This document shows positions 9,131 through 17,969 of a stretch of 33,154 nt of DNA, in pieces. Within the stretch, counting starts at the first letter, position 1; the number at the start of each line of letters is the position of its first letter. This DNA is from Methanobacteriota archaeon. GTDB taxonomy: Archaea > Thermoplasmatota > Thermoplasmata > SG8-5 > DAIRED01. The stretch covers positions 1-33,154 of the forward strand of contig JAZDNO010000008.1 in the NCBI GenBank assembly GCA_043799545.1, written 5' to 3'. The notes beneath the pieces are model-generated. The model did not search any database, was not told where the DNA came from, and worked only from the letters and a program-made list of their open reading frames with translations. A program made the position numbers and the translations under genes.

Positions 9131-9706
9131 ATGAAATCATTGAAGGGTTCGGAGACGGAGAAGAACCTGCTGGCCGCCTTCGCCGGCGAGTCGCAGGCGC
9201 GCAACCGCTACTCGTACTTCGCCTCGAAGGCGAAGAAGGAGGGGTTCGAACAGATAAGCGCCATATTCCTCGAAACTGCCGACAACGAAAAGGAGCACGC
9301 CAAGCGCTTCTTCAAGTTCCTGGAAGGAGGGGACGTGGAGATCGTCGCGGCATATCCCGCAGGCACAATCGCGGACACGAAGGAGAACCTCCGCGCCGCA
9401 GCCGCCGGGGAGAAGCACGAATGGACGACACTCTACAAGAACTTCGCCGACGTTGCCCATCAGGAGGGCTACCCGGAAGTAGCCGCGGCGTTCCGCGCGA
9501 TAGCCAAGGTGGAGGCACACCACGAGGCGCGCTACACCGCCTTGATGAACAACATCCAGCTCGACAAGGTCTTCAAGAGGGACAAGGTCGTCACGTGGAA
9601 GTGCCGCAACTGCGGATACGTCCACGAGGGGAACGGCGCTCCCGAGAAGTGCCCGGCGTGCGAGCACCCGAAGGATTACTTCGAAATACAGAGCACCAAC
9701 TGGTAG
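9131..9706 (+). CDS. rbr: Rubrerythrin
   Basis: [27 protein letters not shown]; C-terminal [15 protein letters not shown]. Confidence 0.95.
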   Translation: MKSLKGSETEKNLLAAFAGESQARNRYSYFASKAKKEGFEQISAIFLETADNEKEHAKRFFKFLEGGDVEIVAAYPAGTIADTKENLRAAAAGEKHEWTTLYKNFADVAHQEGYPEVAAAFRAIAKVEAHHEARYTALMNNIQLDKVFKRDKVVTWKCRNCGYVHEGNGAPEKCPACEHPKDYFEIQSTNW

Positions 9707-9715
9707 ACGGGGCGC

Positions 9716-10378
9716 ATGCCGATACAATTGGCGCGCGCCAACGAGGTCGAACTCAAAAGCTTGTATGCTTCTGCAAAGAAACGCATAGTGGCCAGGCTCG
9801 GCGAGTTCGAAAGGATGGGCCAGGAAGGGACCGACGAGCAGCTATTTGCTGAACTGGCCTTCTGCCTGTTGACCCCCCAGTCGAAGGCGAAGAGCTGCTG
9901 GGCTGCGGTGTGCAGGCTGGTAGAAGAAGGCGACCTGCTTTGCGGAAAGCCCGAAAAGATATCGGGGCGCATATCGGGCGTGAGATTCCACAGGAACAAA
10001 GGAAGGTATCTGGTCGAAGCGCAGCGGCGGTTCTCGAAAAACGGTAGCCTGCGCGTTCGGAACGTAATCGAGCGATTCGACAGCCCGCGGGAGCTGAGAG
10101 CATGGCTAGTTCAGAACGTCAGCGGGATGGGCTACAAGGAGGCGAGCCATTTCCTGCGCAACATCGGCATGGGCTCAGAGCTGGCGATTCTGGACAGGCA
10201 CATCCTGCGGAACATGGCGGCGCTCGGGGCGATTGATGGGATTCCGAGGGCTTTGACGCCCAAGGCTTATCTGGCGCTCGAAAAGGAGTTTCTGGCGTTG
10301 GCGAAGCGCCTGAGAATCCCGCCCGACCACCTGGACATGCTGCTGTGGTACAAGGAGGCGGGGGAGGTGTTCAAATGA
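9716..10378 (+). CDS. ogg: 8-oxoguanine DNA glycosylase/AP lyase (archaeal Ogg, HhH family)
   Basis: FAELAFCLLTPQS, GMGYKEASHFLRNIG (catalytic K), AILDRHIL, LDMLLWY. Confidence 0.9.
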   Translation: MPIQLARANEVELKSLYASAKKRIVARLGEFERMGQEGTDEQLFAELAFCLLTPQSKAKSCWAAVCRLVEEGDLLCGKPEKISGRISGVRFHRNKGRYLVEAQRRFSKNGSLRVRNVIERFDSPRELRAWLVQNVSGMGYKEASHFLRNIGMGSELAILDRHILRNMAALGAIDGIPRALTPKAYLALEKEFLALAKRLRIPPDHLDMLLWYKEAGEVFK

Positions 10379-10384
10379 CGCCCG

Positions 10385-11002
10385 TCAATCCGTCTTTCCC
10401 TCGGGCTTCTTCGGTATCTCCAGCGGCTTGTGCCCTGCGCCGGTCTGCGTCCACTCCAGCGGTGCCTCGGTCTTGTCCTTGAGCTTGTCGCTCTCCACCC
10501 TCTCCAGCATCGCGTACCATTCGGTGGTCTCGCGCTTGAGGGCGTCGCGCTCCTGCCGGAGGTTGGTCGAGTAGAAAGTGGTCTCGCCGATGTATTTGCC
10601 GATTATCGAGCTCGCCAGAGTGAGCGGGAAGGTGATTATTCCCGCGAGCAGGAGGTCCTTGAAAGCCCAGCCGGAGAATTCGGCCAGCATCACGCCGGTT
10701 CCGAGAACCTGTGGCGAGAAAAGCGCCATCCATACTAGTATGATTGTGAATGCGGTAATCAACAAAGTTGAAAAGAGGATGTAGTGGATTTCCTTGTCGG
10801 CAATCATAAGCCCGAAAAGGAACCCGACGATGAGCGGAGCGACGAACATCAGGCTGTCGGTTATCTGTATCGCCGCGACCTCCTGGAGGAAAACCGAAAC
10901 GAAGAAGAAGGCCACTATCAGCCCTGCCAGCAAAGACAGGACTATGACCATCCCCGACTCGACGATGCCGCCTTTCACGTTTTTAACTTGCAACGACGCC
11001 AC
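10385..11002 (-). CDS. Hypothetical membrane protein
   Basis: About four hydrophobic segments and a charged C-terminus; co-oriented with the ABC operon. Confidence 0.7.
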   Translation of the reverse strand: MASLQVKNVKGGIVESGMVIVLSLLAGLIVAFFFVSVFLQEVAAIQITDSLMFVAPLIVGFLFGLMIADKEIHYILFSTLLITAFTIILVWMALFSPQVLGTGVMLAEFSGWAFKDLLLAGIITFPLTLASSIIGKYIGETTFYSTNLRQERDALKRETTEWYAMLERVESDKLKDKTEAPLEWTQTGAGHKPLEIPKKPEGKTD

Positions 11003-11537
11003 CCACCCAGAATTCGTAGAGCTTGTCCGCTATATCGGGAAACTCCGCAATCTCGTACCTGATGACGCCCTGGACCTGTATCGGGTAAGAACCGTCGGCT
11101 AGTGCGCTTCCCCTGAGGATGTCCATGTATGCCGTGCCGTTCTCGATGAGGAGGCTCGCGTCCAAGTCCGCTGTGGAACCAGCGGGCACGATTCCCTGGT
11201 CGGGGGAATCCATGAACGAGCGGGCGCCGAATCCGATGTACTTGTCCTGCGGCATGGGCGCTCCACCCGCGGCGAAGGCGTTGTAAGACAGCTCCTTTAT
11301 CTGCACGTCAAGCCTGGACCCGACGTTGCTCAACCTGAACGACACGGTCAGCACGGCATGACCGCCGTCTATGAACCTCAGCTGCACGTCGTCAAGTATG
11401 TCGACGTCGATGTTCACGCGCGTTTCCTGGACGTAGGCCCAGTTTATCATCGTCTGATACAGGCCGTATCCCGAAACCGCGGCCATCGCAATCAGAACGA
11501 CCGCAATGAGCCGCAACGGATTCTGGATTCGTTTCAT
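10983..11537 (-). CDS. Hypothetical membrane-anchored protein
   Basis: N-terminal TM helix then beta-rich domain; overlaps the next gene. Confidence 0.65.
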   Translation of the reverse strand: MKRIQNPLRLIAVVLIAMAAVSGYGLYQTMINWAYVQETRVNIDVDILDDVQLRFIDGGHAVLTVSFRLSNVGSRLDVQIKELSYNAFAAGGAPMPQDKYIGFGARSFMDSPDQGIVPAGSTADLDASLLIENGTAYMDILRGSALADGSYPIQVQGVIRYEIAEFPDIADKLYEFWVGGVVAS

Positions 11538-11562
11538 ATTGCTACCATCGCGTCCTTCCTGA

Positions 11563-12624
11563 TCAGGTGGCGCTCGCCTGCTTTTCGGCGCTTGGTGCGG
11601 GTTCCCCCGCGATTACTTCAAAGCTCAGCTCGCCAGCGAAGTGGCATTGCGCCTTGTGGGTGCCCTTTACCTCCTTGATTTCAGGCTTCTTCTCCCTGCA
11701 GATGTCCTTGGCGTACAGGCATCTCGGGTGGAATGGGCAGCCAGTCGGGATGTTCACCGCATTTGGCAAGTCGCCCTTGATCTGGGTCCTCCCGCGCTTG
11801 AACTTGGGGTCCGGCACAGGGACGGCTGAGAGCAGAGCGTTCATGTACGGATGGTAGGGATTCCTTATGACTTCCTCGGCGGGCCCGTATTCGACGATGT
11901 TCCCCAGGTACATGACTGCGATGTCGTCGCTCATGTACCTCGACACTGAAACGTCGTGCGTGACGAACATGAACGGTATCTTGTACCTGTCCTTCAGGCT
12001 CAGCATGAGGTTCATGATGCCTGCGCGAATCGACACGTCCAGCATCGAGACGGGCTCGTCCGCCACTATGAATTCCGGCCTCAGCGCAAGCGTCCTCGCT
12101 ATGGCGACGCGCTGCCTCTGGCCGCCGCTCAGCTCGTGCGGGTAGCGGGGCATGTATTCGGACGCTGGCTTCAGCTCTGCGTACTCCAGCGCCTTCGCGA
12201 CCATGTCCTCGCGCTCCTCGTACGATTCGCCGACTCCGTGCACTATCAGCGGCTCCGCGACCGTGTCGAACACCGTGAACCTCGGGTTCAGGGATTCGTA
12301 CGGGTCCTGGAAGACCATCTGGACCTTCCTCCTGAACAGCTTCAGGCCCGCTCCCTTCTTCTTCACGATGTCGTCCCCGTTCAGGAAGATGTTCCCGCTC
12401 GTCGGATTCTCGAGCCTCACAAGCATTCGACCGGCGGTCGTCTTTCCGCAGCCCGACTCGCCGACCATCCCAAGTATTTTCCCCTTCTTTATCTGGAAGT
12501 CGATGTCGTCGACCGCGTGCACGAACATCTCGTCCTTGCTTATCAGTGAGTCGAGGAATCCCCTCTTCACGTCGAAGTACTTGCGCAGTTTCACCACGTC
12601 TATAACTACGTCGCTGTCGGCCAT
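11563..12624 (-). CDS. oppF: Peptide/nickel ABC transporter ATPase (OppF/DppF-like)
   Basis: GESGCGKT, LSGGQRQR, IVADEP, C-terminal GCPFHPRC. Confidence 0.93.
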   Translation of the reverse strand: MADSDVVIDVVKLRKYFDVKRGFLDSLISKDEMFVHAVDDIDFQIKKGKILGMVGESGCGKTTAGRMLVRLENPTSGNIFLNGDDIVKKKGAGLKLFRRKVQMVFQDPYESLNPRFTVFDTVAEPLIVHGVGESYEEREDMVAKALEYAELKPASEYMPRYPHELSGGQRQRVAIARTLALRPEFIVADEPVSMLDVSIRAGIMNLMLSLKDRYKIPFMFVTHDVSVSRYMSDDIAVMYLGNIVEYGPAEEVIRNPYHPYMNALLSAVPVPDPKFKRGRTQIKGDLPNAVNIPTGCPFHPRCLYAKDICREKKPEIKEVKGTHKAQCHFAGELSFEVIAGEPAPSAEKQASAT

Positions 12625-12625
12625 T

Positions 12626-13663
12626 TCATCCCCTCCTTGCGGACGCTGCGAGCTGGGTGTTGAAGATCTCCAGCGCGAAGTGGCACGCGGACCAGTGGTT
12701 CGGCTCCACCTCGATCATCTCCGGTATCTTCTCCTTGCAGATGTCCTTGGCGTACTTGCACCTCGGGTGGAACCGGCAGCCCGGCGGCGGGTTTGCCAAG
12801 TCCGGCGGCGAGCCGGGGATGGAGTAGAGCTGCTTCTTCTCCCCCTTGATGCTCGGGAAAGACGCCATCAGGCCGATTGAGTACGGATTCGAAGGCCGGT
12901 TGAAGACCGCGCTGATGTCGCCGTATTCGAACAGCATGCCCGCGTACATGACTCCGATTTTTTCAGCAACCTCTGCGACGACGGAAATGTCGTGGGTGAT
13001 GATAATCATCGCCATTCCCAGCCTGCGCTGGAGGTCGCGTATCTCCGCGAGAACGCGGTCCTGCATGATGACGTCCAGAGCAGTCGTCGGCTCGTCTGCG
13101 ATGATGAGCTTCGGGTTGCACGCCAGCGCCATCGCAATCATGGCGCGCTGCCGCATCCCCCCGCTGTACTCGTGCGGGAAGCCGTCAATCCTGCTGACGT
13201 CCAGCCCGACGAGCTCGTAGAGGCGCTTCACCTTCTTCCGGGCCTCGTCCTTCGTGACGTCCTCGTGCGCCAGGATGGCCTCCGCGATCTGGTCGCCCAC
13301 CTTGTAGACGGGGTTGAAGGCGTTCATGGCGCTCTGGAATATCATTGAGATTTCGTTCCAGCGTATGTCCCTCATCGTCTGCTCGATGAACTTGGCGCGC
13401 TTCCTTTTCGGCAGAGCGCGCTCTTCGTCGGAGCCAGCGATCATCTTGCCATCGAAGACGATGTTCCCCTCCACGATATCAGCGTTCGCGGCGAGGAGCC
13501 TCGTTATGGCGTAGGCTGCGGTGGATTTGCCGCAGCCCGATTCTCCGACGAGGCCGAGGGTCTGCCCCCTCTCCAGTTTGAAGCTTATGCCGTCGACGCC
13601 GTGCACGACGCCCTTCAGTATCTTGTAGTGCACCTTCAGGTTGTTCACTTCTAGCATTGCCAT
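12626..13663 (-). CDS. oppD: Peptide/nickel ABC transporter ATPase (OppD/DppD-like)
   Basis: GESGCGKS, YSGGMRQR, IIADEPTTALD, GCRFHPRC. Confidence 0.93.
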   Translation of the reverse strand: MAMLEVNNLKVHYKILKGVVHGVDGISFKLERGQTLGLVGESGCGKSTAAYAITRLLAANADIVEGNIVFDGKMIAGSDEERALPKRKRAKFIEQTMRDIRWNEISMIFQSAMNAFNPVYKVGDQIAEAILAHEDVTKDEARKKVKRLYELVGLDVSRIDGFPHEYSGGMRQRAMIAMALACNPKLIIADEPTTALDVIMQDRVLAEIRDLQRRLGMAMIIITHDISVVAEVAEKIGVMYAGMLFEYGDISAVFNRPSNPYSIGLMASFPSIKGEKKQLYSIPGSPPDLANPPPGCRFHPRCKYAKDICKEKIPEMIEVEPNHWSACHFALEIFNTQLAASARRG

Positions 13664-13667
13664 TTGA

Positions 13668-15911
13668 TCACCTCTTCCTCAACCTGGGGTTGACAATCTC
13701 GTCGAACGCCCTCCCGATAAGGAAGAACGCCATGCAGACCAGTGTTATGCACAGGCCGGGCGGTATGAGCCACCACCAATTCGCCAGCGCGTTGGAGTGC
13801 TGCACGAAGTTGAGCATCATCCCCCACGACATCGTGCGCGGGTCGCCTAGCCCTATGAACGCGAGCGAGGCCTCCGACAGGATGGCCCCTCCGACGTAGA
13901 ACGTCATGTAGAGCAGCCCAAGCGGCAGCACGTTGGGCGCGATGTGCTTGAACATTATGCGCATCTTGGACGCGCCCGTGACCCTCGCCGAGTCGATGAA
14001 CGGCCTCTCCTTCAGGGACAGCACCTGGGAGCGGATCATCCTTGCCGGTCCGCCCCAACCGGTGATACCGATGATGAACACGATATTCCATATGCTGGGC
14101 TCCAGCAGAGCGGCCATGATGATGAGCAGCGGCAGGCTCGGCAGGACGAGAATGACGTCCGTGAACCTCATCAAGATTGCATCGACCCATCCGCCGTAAT
14201 AACCGGACACCAGGCCGACTATCGCGCCGATGCCGATTGAGAATGCCGCGGCCGCGAAACCAACGAGCAGGGCGATCCTCGATCCCCAGATTACCTGGGA
14301 AAGGATGTCCCGTCCTTGGGCGTCAGTTCCGAGCCAGTAGTAGTTGCCGCTCGTAGGAGGCCTGTCGCGGGCGTCCTCGGCCGAATCCTTCGTCATCCAG
14401 GTGGGCTTCAGCGGGGCGAGGTACGTTCCCGCGGCCGAGTAGGAATACATCGTCGTGATGCCGTTGCCAATGTTGCTCGAAACCGCCAGGATTCCGCGGA
14501 CGTACCCGTGGTTCCTGACGTAGCATGTTTTCGGGCTCACGTGCGCCACGCCAGCGAAAGTCATGTTCAGGTCAGGGATGCCGTCCTGGCTCATCCTGAA
14601 GAGGACGGAGAAGTCGTCGCTGGGGTCCGTGGGCGTTCCGTTGTAGTTGTCGGCTATCGCGAATATCGACAGGGTGAGCTGGTCGTACACCGGCGGGGCT
14701 ATGAACTGAGCGGCGTTCTCCATGTTGGCCGCGGCGTAGTAGTTCCACTGTATCCTCTCGTCCGGGGCGTTCTGCGTCCTCACCGCGTAGAGGTACCCCG
14801 AATCCGAGGTGACGTAGACCAGGCTCCCGTCCTGGTTCATCGCCGGCTTCTGGAGCCTGCCCTCGTCGAGCGCGCCTGCGGTCTTCGTGAGCGCGAACCC
14901 GCCCTCCCAGTCCGGAATCGCGGTTCCCAGCAGGGTGTCGATTACGTGCAGCTTGCCATCGTGCGAGCCGACGAACGTCCGCTGCCCATCGTTCCTTATC
15001 GCAATGGGCGATATGCCGGTTCCGACATCGTATGGGTTCGGCCAGGCCGTGTCGCCGTCCGCTATGCGGATGCCGTATACCAGCCCATCCTCGGTTCCAG
15101 CGACGACGATGCCCAGTTTGTCCGTCACCGCGACCGAAGTCACGGACGAGTTGCCCAGGCTGGTGCTCCAGACAAAGTCGAGGTTCCAGTCGAAGCAGTA
15201 GACCGTTCCGGTTTCAGTTCCGACGAACACGCGGTCCCTGGACCTGTAGTCTATCGAGCTCGAGCCGACGGGCCTGAACTCGACGTTCATTACCGCAACG
15301 TCGGACGAGACAGGGCCGTCGAGAACGGTCCTGAACGTCTCGTCAGAGGCGGGCATCTCGTTCTTGGCCGCGCTGGCATCCCTCTCGTAGACGTCGTCGA
15401 CGAAGGCGTTCAACGAACCGTCGTCGCAACCGGCGTATATCACGTGGAACTCGCCTGCTGGGGAGCTCGTGTCGCCGAGGTTTATCACGTTCACGGCCGT
15501 CGTCACCTGGCCGGTCAGCGGCAGCGTGTAACGCTTGTAGCCGTTGAAGCTGTAGGCTATCACCGTGTTGGCCGTGCCAACGTAAATCCTATCCATATGG
15601 TCGTCGGCGTTGTTGGTCTCGCCGACGTCCCTTGAAACTATCCTGATGCCTACGTCGTGCTTGACCTCGCCGGTGATGTTTGGCGGCGCAATGAAGTAAG
15701 GCTCGGCCTCCAGCAGGTCGATCGACGGCGCGGTCCACTCGACGGGGTGCTTGAGACCCATGAACGGAGCTGCGACGGCCATCACCGTGAAGGCAATCAT
15801 TATCGCGAGCCCTATCAGGCCGATGCGGCTCTCGCGGAAGAGATTCCAGCTGCGGGTGAACGTCCTCCTGTAGTCCCTCATCTTTTCCACTATCTGTTTT
15901 GATGTGACCAT
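13668..15911 (-). CDS. oppC: OppC-type permease with large inserted beta-propeller-like domain
   Basis: ATG 15911 after GAGGTGA; WLGTDAQGRD, RSQVLSLKERPFIDSARVTGAS, EASLAFIGLG; ~440-aa insert with PQQ-like repeats. Confidence 0.88.
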   Translation of the reverse strand: MVTSKQIVEKMRDYRRTFTRSWNLFRESRIGLIGLAIMIAFTVMAVAAPFMGLKHPVEWTAPSIDLLEAEPYFIAPPNITGEVKHDVGIRIVSRDVGETNNADDHMDRIYVGTANTVIAYSFNGYKRYTLPLTGQVTTAVNVINLGDTSSPAGEFHVIYAGCDDGSLNAFVDDVYERDASAAKNEMPASDETFRTVLDGPVSSDVAVMNVEFRPVGSSSIDYRSRDRVFVGTETGTVYCFDWNLDFVWSTSLGNSSVTSVAVTDKLGIVVAGTEDGLVYGIRIADGDTAWPNPYDVGTGISPIAIRNDGQRTFVGSHDGKLHVIDTLLGTAIPDWEGGFALTKTAGALDEGRLQKPAMNQDGSLVYVTSDSGYLYAVRTQNAPDERIQWNYYAAANMENAAQFIAPPVYDQLTLSIFAIADNYNGTPTDPSDDFSVLFRMSQDGIPDLNMTFAGVAHVSPKTCYVRNHGYVRGILAVSSNIGNGITTMYSYSAAGTYLAPLKPTWMTKDSAEDARDRPPTSGNYYWLGTDAQGRDILSQVIWGSRIALLVGFAAAAFSIGIGAIVGLVSGYYGGWVDAILMRFTDVILVLPSLPLLIIMAALLEPSIWNIVFIIGITGWGGPARMIRSQVLSLKERPFIDSARVTGASKMRIMFKHIAPNVLPLGLLYMTFYVGGAILSEASLAFIGLGDPRTMSWGMMLNFVQHSNALANWWWLIPPGLCITLVCMAFFLIGRAFDEIVNPRLRKR

Positions 15912-15921
15912 TTTATTCACC

Positions 15922-17868
15922 TCACAGTTGGACCCTCGGATCCAGATATGCATACAGAATGTCAGCCGCCATGTTGCCCACTATCGTCAGGATGGCCAAT
16001 ATGTAGAACGCCCCTTGGACGACGGGAAAATCCGTCGTCAAAGTGGCCCGTATCAGAAGCGAGCCCATGCCGGGCCAGGAGAATATGGTCTCCGTCAGCA
16101 CGCCTCCGGATATCACCCCCGATATCGCCATCGCCAGCGACGTCACCACGGGAAGCATCGCATTCCTCGCCGCGTGCTTATACATTATGGTGCGCTCCTT
16201 CAGCCCCTTGGCGCGCGCGGTCGTGACGAAGTCCTCGCCCAGGACTTCGAGCATCGAGGTCCTCATGAGCAGGATGTCTCCGGCCAGACCCAGAATGGTA
16301 AGGGTCGTCAAAGGCAGGATGAGGTGCCAAACCATGTCCTTGATGTACTCGAAGCCTTTGTAGGCGTTCCCCATGTCGTCGAATCCGCCCATTCCGCCTA
16401 TCGGCAGCCAATGCAGCTGGGTATAGAATATCCATTGGGAGAGCAATGCGAACCAGAATATCGGCATCGAGTAGAAGAACAGGGTGACTACAATCGTCCC
16501 AAGTTCGAGCGCTGTCCCCCTGCGCCAGGCGATAATCATTCCGATGGCAATCCCCAAGGCGTACGCGATTATCATGGCGTTGCCGAACAGCCACAGGGTC
16601 GCGGGAATCTTGTCGACTATTTCATCCCAGACCGGGCGGTTGTTGGCGAAGGAATTGCCGAAGTCGAACAGCAGCATGCTCTTCATGTAGAACGCGAACT
16701 GCTCGTACAGCGGCCTCGGGATGACCTTCGTCGGGTGCACCATCACTATCTCTCGCGACGAGCCGTCCGGAGCCGTGACCGTCGTGTTGACCGTCAGTTT
16801 CTCGAAAGGCGCGGCCGAGACGTTGATCGTGACCTGGGCGGCTCCGCCGGGCGCCACCCTGCTGCTGAGCTGGTACGGGTAGCCGGGGACGTCCCCCTGG
16901 GTGACCAGCCCCGTGACATCCAGCCCTCCGGCCGGACCGTCAACCGGAGGAGGCAGGACTGTGTTTATGGTGTTGACCCTGAGGCGCTGATAGGCGTCGT
17001 AATCTCCGCCGGCCTTGACCCACACCTGGTAATCGCCCTGCGCGGGCGGGGTGATTTGCGCCGAGTACAAATCCCCTGAAACGAGCGTCATGACTGAGGA
17101 CTCGCTCGCGCCAGTCGGGTTGATGAACTCCACTTCGGGCGTCGCCAGCGGGTTGATAATCTCAGCGGAAACGGTGAGAAGCCCTCCCGCGGTCGCGACG
17201 TAGCTCGACACCTGCACGCCGTAGATTGTCGTTCCGGCCGACGCGGAGCCAACCGCGAACGAGACTATGGCCGTTGCGTTGTTTCCGTTGACGTCGGTCG
17301 CCGCGATGTTCGCGTAATACTGGCCGGCTTCCAATCCCGGCAGGGACAGTGTGAAGTTGTTGCTCGCCAGCAATGGGGCGTACATGAGGTTTCTCGTGTG
17401 GGCGTTCGCGGAATGAACGTAAGCGAAAACGCTTCCGATGTTCAGGTCGTCAGCGACGGTGGCATTGAGGATGACCGGCTCGGTCGCCGAGCCCTGCCAT
17501 GCGGAGACGTTGGAGAAAATCGGCGGGTTGTTGTCCTGGAGGGGGTCTGCTGCGACCTCGAAGTTGGTGGTCACGACCTCCGAGACACCGTTCTTATCTA
17601 CGGCTCTGACTTCGACTTGGTAGAGGCCGGCGCTGCTGGCCTGGTAGTCCCCGACATAGTAGTCCCCGGGCATGTCCACCCTTTTGGACAGCCCGTACCT
17701 TATCAGAATCTCGTCCTTCTCGTACTGCGAGATGCCTGGTTTGACTATCAAAGCCTGCGCTGCGTTTCCTGGCATGAGCCTGAACAGCATGAACAGAAGC
17801 ACAAGGACGATAAGCAACGTTATCGCCATGTGCACCATCCTCCAGGCAATGTACTTCTTTAGGTTCAT
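15922..17868 (-). CDS. oppB: OppB-type permease with large inserted Ig-like region
   Basis: LFRLMPG, PLYEQF..FDFGNS, EDFVTTARAKGL, ETIFSWPGMG, LYAYLDPRV; ~320-aa beta-rich insert. Confidence 0.88.
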   Translation of the reverse strand: MNLKKYIAWRMVHMAITLLIVLVLLFMLFRLMPGNAAQALIVKPGISQYEKDEILIRYGLSKRVDMPGDYYVGDYQASSAGLYQVEVRAVDKNGVSEVVTTNFEVAADPLQDNNPPIFSNVSAWQGSATEPVILNATVADDLNIGSVFAYVHSANAHTRNLMYAPLLASNNFTLSLPGLEAGQYYANIAATDVNGNNATAIVSFAVGSASAGTTIYGVQVSSYVATAGGLLTVSAEIINPLATPEVEFINPTGASESSVMTLVSGDLYSAQITPPAQGDYQVWVKAGGDYDAYQRLRVNTINTVLPPPVDGPAGGLDVTGLVTQGDVPGYPYQLSSRVAPGGAAQVTINVSAAPFEKLTVNTTVTAPDGSSREIVMVHPTKVIPRPLYEQFAFYMKSMLLFDFGNSFANNRPVWDEIVDKIPATLWLFGNAMIIAYALGIAIGMIIAWRRGTALELGTIVVTLFFYSMPIFWFALLSQWIFYTQLHWLPIGGMGGFDDMGNAYKGFEYIKDMVWHLILPLTTLTILGLAGDILLMRTSMLEVLGEDFVTTARAKGLKERTIMYKHAARNAMLPVVTSLAMAISGVISGGVLTETIFSWPGMGSLLIRATLTTDFPVVQGAFYILAILTIVGNMAADILYAYLDPRVQL

Positions 17869-17935
17869 TCGCGCGACCTCCTATCTATTCTGGTGAATCT
17901 CTTGAACGTAATATGAATCCCCTCTGGTCAAAGGA

Positions 17936-17969
17936 AAAATGAAAGGGAGGGGAGCTGTTCAGCTCCCCT
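17936..17969 (-). terminator. Hairpin plus T-tract at the oppA 3' end
   Basis: GGGGAGCT-GTTC-AGCTCCCC stem (17949-17968) followed on the minus strand by TTTCATTTTT. Confidence 0.6.

Noticed and set aside
5936-9706. Pyrrolysine readthrough at TAG stops (YHS, ferritin, rubrerythrin)
   Set aside because: Each TAG falls at the normal family C-terminus, and no pyl genes are in the window.
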